DNA of 61,939 nt, counting the filler, from Jimgerdemannia flammicorona (Eukaryota): the NCBI GenBank assembly GCA_003990765.1. It is 2 parts of 2 records of this genome, joined end to end, with 100 filler letters (N's around TTAATTAATTAA, not from the genome) between each part and the next. Parts side by side here need not be neighbours in the genome. Positions count along the whole stretch, not along the records: positions 31,039 to 61,939 come from RBNJ01000419.1; 1 more part is not named here. The stretch is one strand, 5' to 3'. The notes under the pieces are model-generated. The model was given only the letters and a program-made list of their open reading frames with translations. It was not told the origin of the DNA and ran no database searches. The position numbers and the translations under genes are program-made. Below are positions 48,801 to 61,919 of the stretch, piece after piece; the first letter of the stretch is position 1; each line of letters starts with the position of its first letter.

Positions 48801-50570
48801 AACTATTTATTTTCCTGTTGGTATATCTTGACAACATCCTGATCTTTCATAAAACTAAAGAAGAACACCTCAAACATATTTGAATAGTCCTAGAGATCCT
48901 TCGAAAACACAAGTTTTACACCAAGCTCAGAAGTGTGAATTCTTCAAGGAATAAGTCGAATATCTTGGCCACATTGTCTCTGCACAAGGAATTCAAGTAG
49001 ACCCATACAAGATAGAAGCAATTGAGGAATGGCCCATTCCATCAAATCTCACAGAACTCTGATCCTTTCTTGGTCTAGCTGGCTATTACCACTGCTTTGT
49101 CAGAAACTTCTCTGGCATTACTGAGCTACTGCCTAACCTCATGAGGAAGGCCCCTCACTCAGACCACTATATACCCTACACCTGGGACCTCTTCAGTCAA
49201 CAAGCCTTTCAAGAACTCAAGAACTACCTGACCCATGCTCCAGTCCTACATAATGCAGATCAAGGTGGTTATCACTGATATATTGAATTTTGCCATTAGA
49301 GCAGTTCTATCACAAGATGATAGCAAAGAACATTGCCCTATTGTTTTTGAGTCCCGCAAGCTAGCCCCAGCTGAACAAAGGCTAGCTACTCATAAGAAGG
49401 AACTACTAGCAATAATACACACACTAGACCACTGGTGATACTATCTATAAGGTATTGAGTTTGATGTCATTACTGATCATTAATCCCTCAAGTACATCAA
49501 CAACCAATCTACTCTGTTATATCTACGAGCCAAGTGGAGCCTCAAGCTTCAAACCTTCAATCTAACAATCATCTATAAGCCTGGTAAGACACTTATAGAA
49601 CCAGATGCCCTATCAAGATGCCCAGACCTCACCACAATCATGCAAGTCACCTTGGTATCAGAATTCCTAGACCAAATCAGACAAACTTACAAAGAAGACA
49701 CAGATGCCACTAGAGTATTCTTGAATAAACTCAAGGATACATATACTGTTGAGAACAATCTGATCTATCATCAAGACCAAGTCTATCTACCTGAAAACAT
49801 GAACCTACACTATAAGATTTTACAAGAACACCATGACTCTCCTCTCGCCAGTCACCTGGGATTTGAGAAGACTGTTAAGAATATCCAACACTATTACTAT
49901 TGGCCAAATATGGTTAAGGAAATCAAGAACTATTTTGCCAGCTGTGATCTATGTTAGTACAATAAATCTACCAACCAAGCATCTGCCAGTTTGCTACAAT
50001 CACTGTCAATTCCTATCAAGAAGTTCGAATAAGTCACCATGGACTTTGTAACTTAACTACTGCAAACTAAATCTTATGCTGATGCTGTCATCATATTTAT
50101 TGACTGTCTGACCAAGACTATGGTTGCTGAACCAACTACTACTAATGCTACTGCACCCAAGATTAGAAGAATCTTCTTCAAGTCCATCTTCTATCACTAT
50201 GGTCTACCATGAGTAATTGTTAGTGATCATGATCCCAAGTTTACCAGTCACTTCTGACAAACCCTCTTCAAGACTCTGGGAATCCAATTGGCTATATCTA
50301 CTGCCTTTTACCTATAAACTGAGTACATGAACAGAACTCTAGAACAAATACTTAGAAACTAGGTTTCCTATGAGCAAGATGATTAGAACATCTACCTGAC
50401 TTATGTGGAGTTTGCATACAACAATGCCATCCAATCATCTACTGGTCTTTCTCCTTTTTGGTTATTCCACAGTCAAGATCCTGAAACCCCTGCAAGTCTA
50501 TTCCCTTTCAAGAAAACCAGTCAAATACAAGTCTCAACTGTGAAGAACTTTACAGACAAAATGGATGAAT
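45814..50570 (+). mobile_element. Ty3/Gypsy element family C: LTR(45814-46255)-PBS-gag-dUTPase-PR-RT-RH-IN, truncated by LINE
   Basis: LTR TGTAAC...ATTACA, PBS TGGTAGCAGTGG (46258). Gag KPDTFNS...GNAAIWW, SMDLD, CCQTGHIATKC; PR VLIDSRATGNFI, ILGKPWL; RT MCIDY, KTAF.TPFG, VYLDNILIF; IN HHDSPLASHLGFEKT, YYWP. Confidence 0.93.
47320..47731 (+). pseudogene. dut: dUTPase domain of Gypsy C, between nucleocapsid and protease
   Basis: LKVKKLH...GAIGLDLH, LVPTGIAV, ARIALQSELS (ex-APRSGLS), VIDPDF*GQ, IKEGDQVAQMILEK, KGFGSTD. Confidence 0.92.
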
Positions 50571-50589
50571 GAGTAATAATACCTTTTAT

Positions 50590-53500
50590 AGCTACCATTC
50601 ATGTTATACACACTTTACAACATACTTTCAAGTCGTTTATTGGAGAAAGGTATTAAGGCAATGGCAAACAGCAAGAAATCTGGGGTGCATACTGAGCAGG
50701 GTGGCCCTAGTGTATTCGACTGACAGCAGGTGGGGAGAGGTTCTGGCCTGGGGGGAGGCATGAGGGGGTTGTTGGTAGGAGGATAAGGAGGGGGAGGAGG
50801 CAGCAGTGGAGGACAGGGGTCTGGGAGGGTGAGCTTTGCAGAGATGGTGAAGGGGAGGCAGCAGACAACTGGGCTAGAGGGTTGGCTGAGGAAAGGCAAG
50901 GAGATAGAGAAGACAGCTGTTCATGAGAGAGTAGCCCTTGGTGGTGAGGGCAGTGGAGCTGGGGGAGTAGTGGCTGGGGGGAACATGATGGCTGATAGTG
51001 ATGGGACTGCCAATCTGGAAAAAAATCCAGATATGACTGCTGATGGTATGGCTGAGCAATTGAGGCTTGGAAGGCAAGGAGATCTGGCAGATGGTGTAAC
51101 GGGCCTGGCAGTAACTCCACTACTTAAGAAATTGATCTCAGCATTCATAGTAATGTTGTGCTTCTGAGACCTGGCAGTGATGGCAAAAATAGTGCTGCAG
51201 CTTATCACTAAGCAGGCAGCTGGAGCAGTATCTGTAAAGTTCCTGAAGGGACTGGAGAGAGTGGAGGTGGGTTTTGAAGAGGCCAAGCCTCTGGAGGAAG
51301 TGCTGAAGATTGGATTGGTAGTTGGGGAGGTATGTGTTCCAATGGCATACTGTCTGAAATGAGACCCCAGGGTGGTCTAACTGCTGGTGAAAGGAGTGCC
51401 CACAGTGATGGCAGTGGAGATGAGAAGGAGAGTTGAGGAGGTCATGGTGGAGTATGGAGAGGTGGTGGATATTGGGTTCAGAGTCTGAGAGGGGACCTCA
51501 CTCAGAATGAGAGATGTAGATGTGAGGATTTGGCTGGCAGGGAAAGAAGCTAATTAGAAGGCAAGGGACTGGTCTTGGGGAATAGTATGGTGGGTGATCT
51601 TGTATAAGGTGATGAGGGTGAAGGGGCTAGAGGCACTAGAAGAACTGAGTGGAGTAGTGGAGTGGGGGGCAAAGGTGTGGAAGGCTTTTGAGAAGTCAAC
51701 ACACTTGGAGGTGGTGGATGGGAAGCAGATTAGAGTGGACAAGGGATAATGGGAAATAGTTCAGGGATATAAACATCAGAAGGAGCTACTGGCAAAGATG
51801 GAAAGTCAACTACAGCAGGAGGCAGGTGGAATGGTGGAAACAGGGGGTGCCAAAGTGAGTGTCTGGGCTGGCAAAGATAGTAGGAGTGTGGAGAAAGGAT
51901 CAGGAGAGGACAGGAAAGCAGCCAGTAGCAACCCATATGCTAATGGTATGTTTGTGGTCTGAAAAGAAGACTGGGAGGGTTTGCCTACCCCTACTCCACT
52001 TATCAGGAGAGGTCCGGCTTCCCAAAGCAGAGTAGAGGAGGATGTGCCTATGAAGGGGACCCAGTGAGTGCAATTTGGAGTTCCAGAGGTGGCGAATGGG
52101 GGACAGGTGGAGGTGGTTGGAGAGGAGGAACTGGTGGATGTCCTAGAGGTATGAGATGAAGCTGCGAGTGCTAGGGCTGATACCATGATGTTGGATGGTG
52201 GGAGACTGGCAACTCCAGGAGAGAAGGAGGCAGGAAACCTACTTTGGATATATAGAATAATGAATAACCTGGTGGCTTAAGAGCTGAGGGAGGTGGACTT
52301 AAGAGTAATGAGCAATGAGCATTGGGCACAGGCCCTGCAGGGGGATGGTATGGAGTTGGCATTGAAGGCAGAGATCCTTATAGTGTATCTGGAGGAGGAA
52401 GGGTATGAAGTGGACAAAGAGTGGGAGGCTGAGCTAGCAGGGGTTGCTGGTGAGAGGGCCAAATACTGTTGGGCCAAGCAATATGGATTGCAGCTCTGGC
52501 AGGAGGCCAGCCTGGAGTACTGAGAGGAGTTTGAGAAGAAGGCAGATGGGGAGATGAATGAGCTATTGGCAGGATTAGAGGCTCAGCAGACTGACATGGT
52601 GCAGAAAGAGATGAATATGGAGCAGTAGGAATGGACTGGATTAATACACCATACTTCATTATGAATAGTACAACTAATATTTTTTCTTTGAACATAAATG
52701 GGTTACAGGGTACTTATCAATGCAGGAACATTTTACTTGGCTGAAGGGATTGGAGGCTGATATCTTTCTCTTGTAGGATGTCAGGTGTGAAGATGATTTA
52801 GATAGACTAGAATGGATGAAGGAATGGGGAGGTGTGGCAGTTTGAAAAGACAAGGTTGGGATTCTGGTATGGAAAGGCAGAGGGGAGATAAGAGACATGC
52901 AGAGCTGGGGGGATAGATTGGTCTGGAGTGAGTGGATATGTTCAGGATAGGAGCCGGTCATGGTGGGCTCTTGTTACTACCCTGCGGTACAGGGTGAGTG
53001 TGTGGATTGGATGAAGGGCCTTCAGGAGAGTGAGATCCTTGCAGAGGCTGGGGTGGATATACTGGGTGGCAACTACAATATGGTCTGAGATGTACTATTG
53101 GACAGAACAGATAGAGGACGGAGAGCTGAGGGTCAGGGTGGAGGACTGGTAGTATGGGAGGAAGTGGAAAGGCTGAGTGCTCTGGTAGATGTAGGTAGAG
53201 AGTACTAGGGGGATAGGAGGGTCTATATGCATTGGGCAGGGGGCTTAGGGACAAGAATTGATTAGATTCTGATGGCCAGCTGCTGGGGCTTAGATGTTTG
53301 GAAGTCACTGGAGGTGGAATGGTGTCCTTGGTCAGATCATTGGGGGCTTTTAGGACAGGGGCAATTTGGGGGGAGTGGGGATGGGCCTGGACATTGGTGC
53401 CTCAATTCCTCCTTATTAGATGATAAGACCTGATGAGATGAGTGGGCTATGGACATTCAACTGAGGGTAGAGTGCTGGAGACGAGAAGGTGCCCCAGTTG

Positions 53501-56374
53501 GTGTTCAGTGGATATGGATGAAAGAGATGGCCAGGACCTACTAGAGTGAGACTGGCAAGGAGGCTGGGAAACAGCAGAGGTGATGGGTGAGATGGACTTC
53601 TAGTAGACTGTCTAGACTTTTGGTGGATTGGGCAAGGCTGATGACATTGGAGAGAGAGGAGAATTAGAGATCAATAAGGGTGAAAAAGGAGGTTGGTGAA
53701 CTACAACAGATATTGCAGGAGGAAGAAGAGGCAAAGGTGCAATACTTGGCAGCATGGCTCTGCTGGCAGGGTTTGGAAGAAGGAGAGAGACTCTCAAAGT
53801 ATCTCATGAGAGCCCTCTAGGCAAGAAGGGTGCAGCAGAGGTGGGAGGGGGTGCTTGACTCTGATGGTATACTGGTGCATAGTATAGATGACATTCTTGG
53901 ATCTCTAAAGGAGCATTAGAGTGGTTTGTGGAGTGAGGAGGAGGGTGGGGTGAATGCTGATGCCATTTGTCACATATTGGAGGATTGGCACCCCCTGTAA
54001 GTAGATGGGGTGAGAGACTTGGTGCTGCCCATACAAGAAGAGAAGATCCACCAGGTTCTTGCTGCAATAGTGCTGGGTACAGTGCCTGGGGAGGATGGTT
54101 TGCCCTGGGACTTCTGGAAGAAGATGGTTGGGATTCCAGGAGTACTAGGTGAGATGATGGCACTGTGTGATTTTATTCTATACACAGGGAAATAGGTGGG
54201 AGAACAGGATCTGGGATTGGTGATGTTACTTTACAAGAACAAAGGAAGGTGAGAAGAATTGAAGAACTGGAGACCAATTATGCTGCTAGATATGGACAGA
54301 AAGTTGGTTACTAAGGTGGTGGTCATGAGGTTACAAAAGGTAGCCCAGCAAGTCTTGGACATTGAGCAGAGGGGCTTTGTAGGAGGCTGGCTCATTAGGG
54401 AAGGCACAGCCTGGGTATATGGAGTTATTGAAGGGGTGCAAGCTTGTGGATTGGATGGGTGCCTGGTCTTTTTGGACCAGGAGAAGGCTTATGACCAGGT
54501 GAGGCAAGTCTGGCTGGTGAAAGTCTTAGACAGAACTGGGGTTCCATGCCAATTCTGGTCAGCTATGATCAGCCTACTGGAAGGAAGTAGGGCTGCACTT
54601 ATGTGTAATAGATATAGAGGAGTAGCATTTCCCCTGGGTAGGGGGGTGCCCCAGGGGGACCCATTGTCCCCCATTCTGTATGCCCTTTCACTGGAACCCT
54701 TAATGGATAGAATTAGGCAGAAGATAGTGAGGCTCTCCATCTTTGGCATTGGGTGGAAAGTAGGGGCCTTTGTGGATGATATAGTGGTTGGACTGGGATC
54801 AATTGCTGATGTCAAGGAGCTCAAGAAGACAGTAGAGTGGTATGAGGAGAACTCTGGGGTGAAGCTTAATTGGCATAAGTATGAAATGATGGTATTAGGT
54901 AATGGTCTGGTGGGAGGGGAGGTTATTGGAATGATCATCCCTGCTAGTGAGGCAGTGCAGTACTTGGATATCTATCTATCAGTGTATGGGTCAGTTCTAC
55001 CCAGGCTTTTGTGGGAGCAGTGGGTTGGAATCTGGGAGGAGGCCCGGCAGAGTTGGGGGGGCTGTCAATTGTCCCAGCAGGGCATGTCTCGATTTTGAAC
55101 ATCTACTGACTGCTGAAGTTGTAATATCTGACTTATCATCTAGACTTCCCAGCCTAGGTAGTGAAGAAATTGATGAAGCTGGCCAAGGGATGGATCTGGG
55201 CTGGAAGGAGGAGTCAGATTAGCTGGGAGGTCCTGTCCTTACCAGTGGCAAGTGGTGGACTTGGGCTGGTTGACTTTCCAAAGAGGCTATACTGCTTGAG
55301 AGCATGGTGGCTGAAGAGAGCCATAGAGTTGAGAGGGGGAGATTGGGTTCCCCTACTGTAGAAGGTCTGAGAGATGAGGTTCTCACTATAAGGCTTGACT
55401 GGAGATCTCCTATCTTTAGTTGGACTTAGGAACACTGAACAATTGTGATATAAAGGCTTCTGGTGGGGGGTGGCAGAGGGGGTACACTATATTGGAATTC
55501 ATTGACAGGGAAATAAAGGGGAGGTGGATTGGAATCTGGCAATATGGAGATGGGACTGGGTGCTGCTAGGCAGCATTCCCTTACTTGAGTTTGACATTAT
55601 TGATAGGATAGAATGCCAGAGGGGACCAGGCCAGGATCTGTGGCCCAGTGGTTGACAAGGTGTTGGAATTGGCAAGGATTGGGCCTGGTGCGGTATTTGG
55701 GCTTAGAGGGCTGAGGTGAGGAGATGGATGCTGCCAAAGTACTGGGTGACTTGATGGTGTATACTGAGGAGAAATATAATGCTCAACTATCACTCAGGTC
55801 ACCTTATCGAGTGAGGTTGCTTCAACTGTGAGGAATGCTATAATGTAGGAATAGAGAGAGGGTATATGCAGATGCCTGAACACTGGCTAGGAGAGTACAA
55901 GATACTTAGTGACTTTTGGCAGACTGTTGGAGATCATTTGGGAGTAGGATGCAGGGGAGGTGGTATGTGGGGGCAGTGGGAGGATTTGAGGGATAGACTG
56001 GTGTGGGGGGTGGGAAAGGAATGGCTCACATTAGGCTGAGTACTAGCTATATGGATAGGGCTGGCCAGCCACTGGCTATTTGTTTTTGAGGATGGGAGAA
56101 AGCTGGGCTTGGAGGTCTGGCTACTGTAGTGGCATAGCCTTATGGAAGACACCTTGACAGGCTGGTGGCTTGGTTGGGTGTTGCAGGGTGGTTGGAGGTA
56201 TTGATTGGTAGAGAAAATCTGTAGGCAGAGTGGGGGAAGAGTTGGTGTAGTGGGTGAGAAGGTAGTCTTTATTTGGGAGTAGGTGGAGAGAGACTCCTCT
56301 TGGAGATCGGGTAGTGGGAGAAAATACTGTAAACTTATTAATAGACTGGTAATAAATGTCAGAGTTCAAGTGAC

Positions 56375-56406
<32 letters not shown>
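50590..56406 (+). mobile_element. Near full-length (~5.8 kb) degenerate L1/Tx1-like LINE
   Basis: 5' end and ORF1 colinear with the 31065-34340 copy. ORF2 has APE (NINGL, PWSDH) and RT (PGEDGLP, NWRPI, FLDQEKAYD, QGDPLSP, FVDD); AATAAA and poly(A) at 56378-56406. Confidence 0.93.
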
Positions 56407-56411
<5 letters not shown>

Positions 56412-56537
56412 AAGATTCTATATCTCTACTAGAACTTTAGAAGTACTGTTAAAGAGCAAACTACACATGAGCATGATATGGCCTATACAGCAATAATAGC
56501 TATAATCTGAGGTTCTTTGAGCAGATTGATAGAGTAT

Positions 56538-59500
56538 TGTAAGAGGGTTGCTTTTTAGGGTAACCATTATATAGTTCTGAAAGGGTTTTCTGGAAGTTCT
56601 GGATATTCTGGAAGACTATTTTCTTATGGTCAAGATCAATTTTGTATAGAGTATGTCCTCTACTTATTGATTTCAAGATCAGGTTGATGTCTCAACCAAA
56701 GTCCTTTTTCAGACTAGTTCTGGATGTTCAGGATTTTTCATATTTCAGGAAGTTCAAGAAACTAAGACCAGCTTAGTTGAATCAGCATATTACTGCAGAT
56801 GATATCCAATTAGAAAATTTCATGATGGGGTTAGGAATGAGATCTAATGGGGAGTAGATTTACTTAAAAGTGGTTTGTGGATTATTAAATAGGTTTATTT
56901 GCTATTTATAATATTGCTATACTAGGAGTAGTTGTGTAAAGAGATATTGTGAGAAAGTATTCAGGAGTGTTCTTGTATGTTCAAGTCTTGTTTGAGTCTC
57001 TGTATCTGTTCAAGTCTGAGATTCTGAGGTCTGAGAGAGGAGGTATTTATACTAGTGAGGGGCTATCTGAGCTATGCTAGATATGGATGTAGCACTTAGT
57101 GCCTTGCTGAGTTGGAATGTAGTCACATAGTACAAGTGTGATCTGATATATTAAGAGATCATCTGACTGCTGAGTCAGTTCACAGCTACATCATATAAGG
57201 CTAATCTAACTATACTATGACTGCTAAACTATTTATAGATCTAGATGCTGTCTGGATAGTCTTTGATGACATCACTATTGATGACATTATTGCTAGCAAA
57301 GTCTGAGCAGTTTTCTGACTTCTGATATCATCAGTTTCAAGATGTTGTCACTTCTATCTCTTGCAAGATTAAGGCTATCCTTGGTGGTAGTAGTTGTACA
57401 AGGATAACAGGTCTTGGTTCTCTTTTTTTTTAGCCTGCTAGTGCATTTGTGAGAACTGGCCATCCTTGTCTAGAGCAAGAGCTCCCAATGTCATGGCTGG
57501 AGGTTTGAATCTCTCAGAAATGATATTTTCTATAATCTAAGGCAATTTCTAGTAGTAATATCTGTCATGTGGATGGCTTGAGATTGGTTTTGATAATATC
57601 AGCTTTCTTGAGTTCAGATGAAGCATCCATCACTCTCCAACAGAGGTGACACAGATAGAGTAAATGGAGTTGTTCAAATGTATTTTACTTCTGCTAAGTA
57701 ATAAGGTCTTGTATAGTTGTGGTGTATCTTGGTCTTGAGTTTGATAAGTGTAGTTCATGAACTCTTGATGGATGAGATAGGATCTTTCTTGTCTCAGTTT
57801 GAGTTTGGTACTTTCAGTTTCCTTTTGTAATAATACAGTATACTAAACTAGTTATAGAGGTTCAGAGTCAGTCTTATAGTTATAGTACTTCTTCTGGTAT
57901 TTTTGTGTCTTGGCAGTAGGTTCTCATATTTGCTGGTATATTTTGTATAACCAGATGATCTCTTCAGTAACTTGTTTTATAGTCTCGCATATGGTTTCCA
58001 ATTGGTTCTAAGAATAATATGCAATTTTGGTGGCTTGGAGGTTGTATGCTTACAACTCTCCCCTTCTTAGCTTTTGACATTCTCGTCAGGGCCTTCTAAT
58101 TTTGTTCTAGTGTTGTTGTACCATTTGGATGATTTTTGTAGCTATGTTTGTTGAGGATTTGTTCAACTTCATACTCTTCTTGGTCATTGATAATGACAGG
58201 TACAGATGGTTCTATGGTTCAGTTCAGAAATGTGTCTCAGACCTTCTGGAGTAGTGGTCTGACATGGCTGTCAACTTTGGAAAAGTCTTCCTCAGTATTC
58301 TTGGGTTCTCCTTTAGATGGACAGATGGAGATAGCAAAGAGAGGGCATTTCTTAGCCAATTTCTTGAGCTGTAGCTTGTTGATGTAGGTGATCTTTGGTC
58401 CAGAATCACTAGAGCTGAGTGGGTCCTTTTTACCTTGCAGTTTGAAGTTGTGACATCCTTTCTTGATGGTTAGAGAATGGTTTACCCAATTAATCATGGG
58501 TTCTCTTGTTTCAACCATGGAGTCCCAAGGATGATTTCATTGTTAGGGAGTGGTACAATCTGGAGGGTAATATATACTTAGTAGTCACCAATTTGGAAGG
58601 GTAGGTTGTGGACTTTCTTGCTAATGATATATAAGGTTCTATCAGCTGTGACAACTGCTTGAGTTTGTTGTACCAGAGATGTGAAGACCTTGAGTCTGTT
58701 GGCTGTTTCTTCATTGATGAAGTTATCTGAGGTACTGCTGTCTATCATAATCTTGACAGGTGCTCAGTTGATAAAAGCTTGAAGTGTAAGTAGTTTGTCT
58801 GATCCAATAGTAGTGATTTCAGTTGTAGAAGCTTTCCTTCTGTTGGTTCTTCTTTGAGCCAGTTCATTGACACAAGAGAAGCAATCATCAATCATTTGGA
58901 AAGAGTACATTCCAATACTATGGGGGTATTGGCCACTTGGTATATATCCATCTTTAATTTTCTTATAGAATTGTTCTTCTTTATTTATGATAGGTTGGGC
59001 TGGGGCCTTGTTTGATGAGCCAAATCCTTTGGATCCTCAGATGGTGGGCAGTAGTTTAGGGACTTCCTTGACTGTCAAAGTTGACTTGACTTTCTCAAAT
59101 AGGATCTGGGTGATGCAGAAACCAATAAGGATCTTGAAGGGTATCCAACTATGGTTTCAGATGAGTACAATAATTTCACCTGTGTAATTCTTATCAATGA
59201 CTCCTCCTTCTACTGAGAGTCTTTTCAATGCTAGGCTGCCATGACAACATATCCTTCTGACATATCCTTCAGAGATTTGGATACTGATTCCTGTATAGAC
59301 TTGCTTAACTTCTCAATTGGAAACTATAGCTTCTTCAGCTACATACAGGTCATATCCAGCTGCTTTTGACTTCCTTTGATTGGGGCCTTAGCAGTTTGTC
59401 TTAACTTGATAAAGTCCAGTATTCTGGTGGTCAGGTTATTGAGGTGGTGCAGAGTAGTAACAGTTGCTCATGTTGTTGTTCAGGGTTTTCAGTTGGGGCA

Positions 59501-61919
59501 GGCACTGGCCATATGTCCTATCTTTTAGCAATAGAAGCATGCTCCACTTCTTCAAAGTTCATTCCTTTCTCTTTCGGTGAGTTTCTTAAAGGTACTTGGC
59601 TAAGTGGGTTTATGATTTCTAGGTGTCTATGAGATGGATATGGAGGGAGCTTGGGATGCTTTATGCTTGGGTTCTTCTTTCTTGGTCCAAGTCTTTTTCT
59701 TGTTGTTGAATTGTCTTTAGGGCAGAATTGGTCCAGCTGTTAGGATTCACTTAACCATAGTCTTGATTCTTGCCAGGCACTATTATTGGTAATTACAACC
59801 AACTAGGTAGCCTTGTTCTCAGATTTTTCTAGTAAGCCATTCAGGTAGGGCATCAAATAAATAGTCTGCTCTTATACCATTTTGTACTTCATCATTGGCA
59901 ATATATCCTAGACCAACAGTGATCAGGAGTAACTCGAGTTTTGTACAGAAGGTTTTAAATTCTTTCTTACCATATATATTGAATTTGAGGTTGTGGAGTT
60001 TTACTTGAGATTCAGCAATTATGGTTTTGCTATAGTATTGAGCAATCATGAGTTGTTTGAGTCCAGGGGCTGCAGGATGGGCTCTATATTCTGGGGCATT
60101 GTTTGCTGTATTTTGAGCAACTACTGCAGGTTGAGTGTCCTATGTGAGGGGTTTTCAGAAAGGGTTCACCACTATTCTTTGGCAGGTCCTCAGAAGAATA
60201 TATGTAACAACTTGGCAGACATATGCTATAGTAGTAACAAAGAGTTGTTCCAGAGTGTGGTCTTGATTATTTATCAGAAGGTGGTCAGCAACTCACTCAT
60301 TGGTCTATTGATTGGCTTCAAAGTTGGTGTCAACTATACTAATGAAGCTTTGGACTTCTTGTGCAGTACCATTGAAGGTAGGTAGGCTCAGTTTTTTGGT
60401 AGGTCAGATCTGTTTGACTAAGGCAGTAATGGTTGCTGCCATTATTGCTACCTGGGCTGTGAGGTCTAGAATCTGTTGGTTCACTATGTTGTTTACTGGA
60501 GACAGTTGGACTGCTAGTAGTGGTGTTACTGGTACTACTTGAGGTACTGGTGCAGAGTATGAGAGTGTTCTTTGGGTCTGTGTAAGTTGCTGGAGTAATA
60601 GTTGTGGGTCTGGAGTAAGGGCTCAATAGATAGCTATTTGTTGCTGTATAGATGTGTTCTGGCCTGATGGAGGTGCATCTCCTTCAGTGGTGTATCTGGG
60701 GTCAAATTCACTGAGATACTCCTCCTCTTCTTCAATTTGGTCTCCATGTAATTGGGTTTGCTTAGCATTAAAGTAGACAGAATCAGTTGTATATCTGATT
60801 TCAGATAGACTTAATTCAAGGTCAAGTTCTGGTTTAGTATTGGTTTCAGATTCAGATAGAGCTGTAGCAGAGCCTGCTTCTGGTTTGGGATCAGGTAGTT
60901 GATAGAGGGTTTCCCTTACTTCTTTTTTAAGAATATGGCAGGCCTTGCTGTTCTGGAATCAGTAGTATAACATAGTCTTGGTCCTGGTATAGTGAAAGTC
61001 AGTAGAGTTGAGCTACTTGGCTACAGAGGCTTGGGCTTTGTGAGAGACTAAGGCTAGAAAGACTACTGCTGGTTGTCCTAGGTCACTCAGATTTGTGGAG
61101 CTGACAAAACTCTTGTTGAGAAGAGTAAAGAAGACTTCTATAAGACCTTCTTCATCTTGACTTGCTGAGTGTAGAGCAAGGAGTTCAGTGAATAGGGTTT
61201 TGCCTATTTGCTGATTTAACTGGAGTATATATTTCTTTCTTTGAATGAAGTTTGTCCCACTTGTTGCAGGTGTGGAGGTCAAATTGTCCTTGTACATCAG
61301 GTTCAATTCTCTCCAGATTATCAGATAGTTCAGGAAAAATTCCAGTTCAGAGATTGGACTTTATACCAACTTGTAGGAATTCTCAGAGGGGTTTGTAGCT
61401 GGGTAAGGAAGTGTCTTGAAGCAGAATTGGATTGTAAACTGCTGCTACTAAGTTGTAAGAGAGTTGCTTTTTAGGGTAACTGTTACGTAGTTCTGAAAGG
61501 GTTTTCTGGAAGTTCTGGATATTCTGGAAGACTGTTTTCTTATGGTCAAGATCAATTTTATATAGAGTACATCCTCTATGCTTATTGATTTCAAGATTGG
61601 GTTGACATCTTAACCAAAGTCCTTTTTCAGACTAGTTCTGGATGTTCAGAATTTTCTGTATTTCAGGAAGTTCAAGAAACTAAGACCAGCTTAGTTGAAT
61701 TAGTGTATCACTGCGGACAATACCCAATTAGGAAATTTCATAATAGAGTTAGGAGTGGGACTTAACAGAGAGCAGATTTACTTAAGAGTGATTTGTGGAT
61801 TATTAAATAGGTTTATTTGCTATTCATGATATTACTATATTAGGAGTAGTTGTGTGAAGGGATATTGTGGGGAAGTGTTCAGAAGTGTTCTTGTGTATTC
61901 AAGTCTTGTTTGAGTCTCT
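56538..61919 (-). mobile_element. Second, internally deleted copy of Gypsy A (5' LTR from 61454 outward, gag-dUTPase-PR, deletion of RT-RH-IN, PPT, 3' LTR 56538-58054)
   Basis: Reverse complement of 24100-27620. PBS at 61441-61450 (TGG mutated to TAG); dUTPase at ~59015-59420; PPT AAGAAGGGGAGAGT directly before TGTAAGC at 58054; LTR ends CTCTTACA at 56538. Confidence 0.92.

Noticed and set aside
56407..56537. Search for the TSD of the full-length LINE and for resumption of Gypsy C
   Set aside because: No convincing duplication or integrase continuation is visible after the poly(A); left unassigned.
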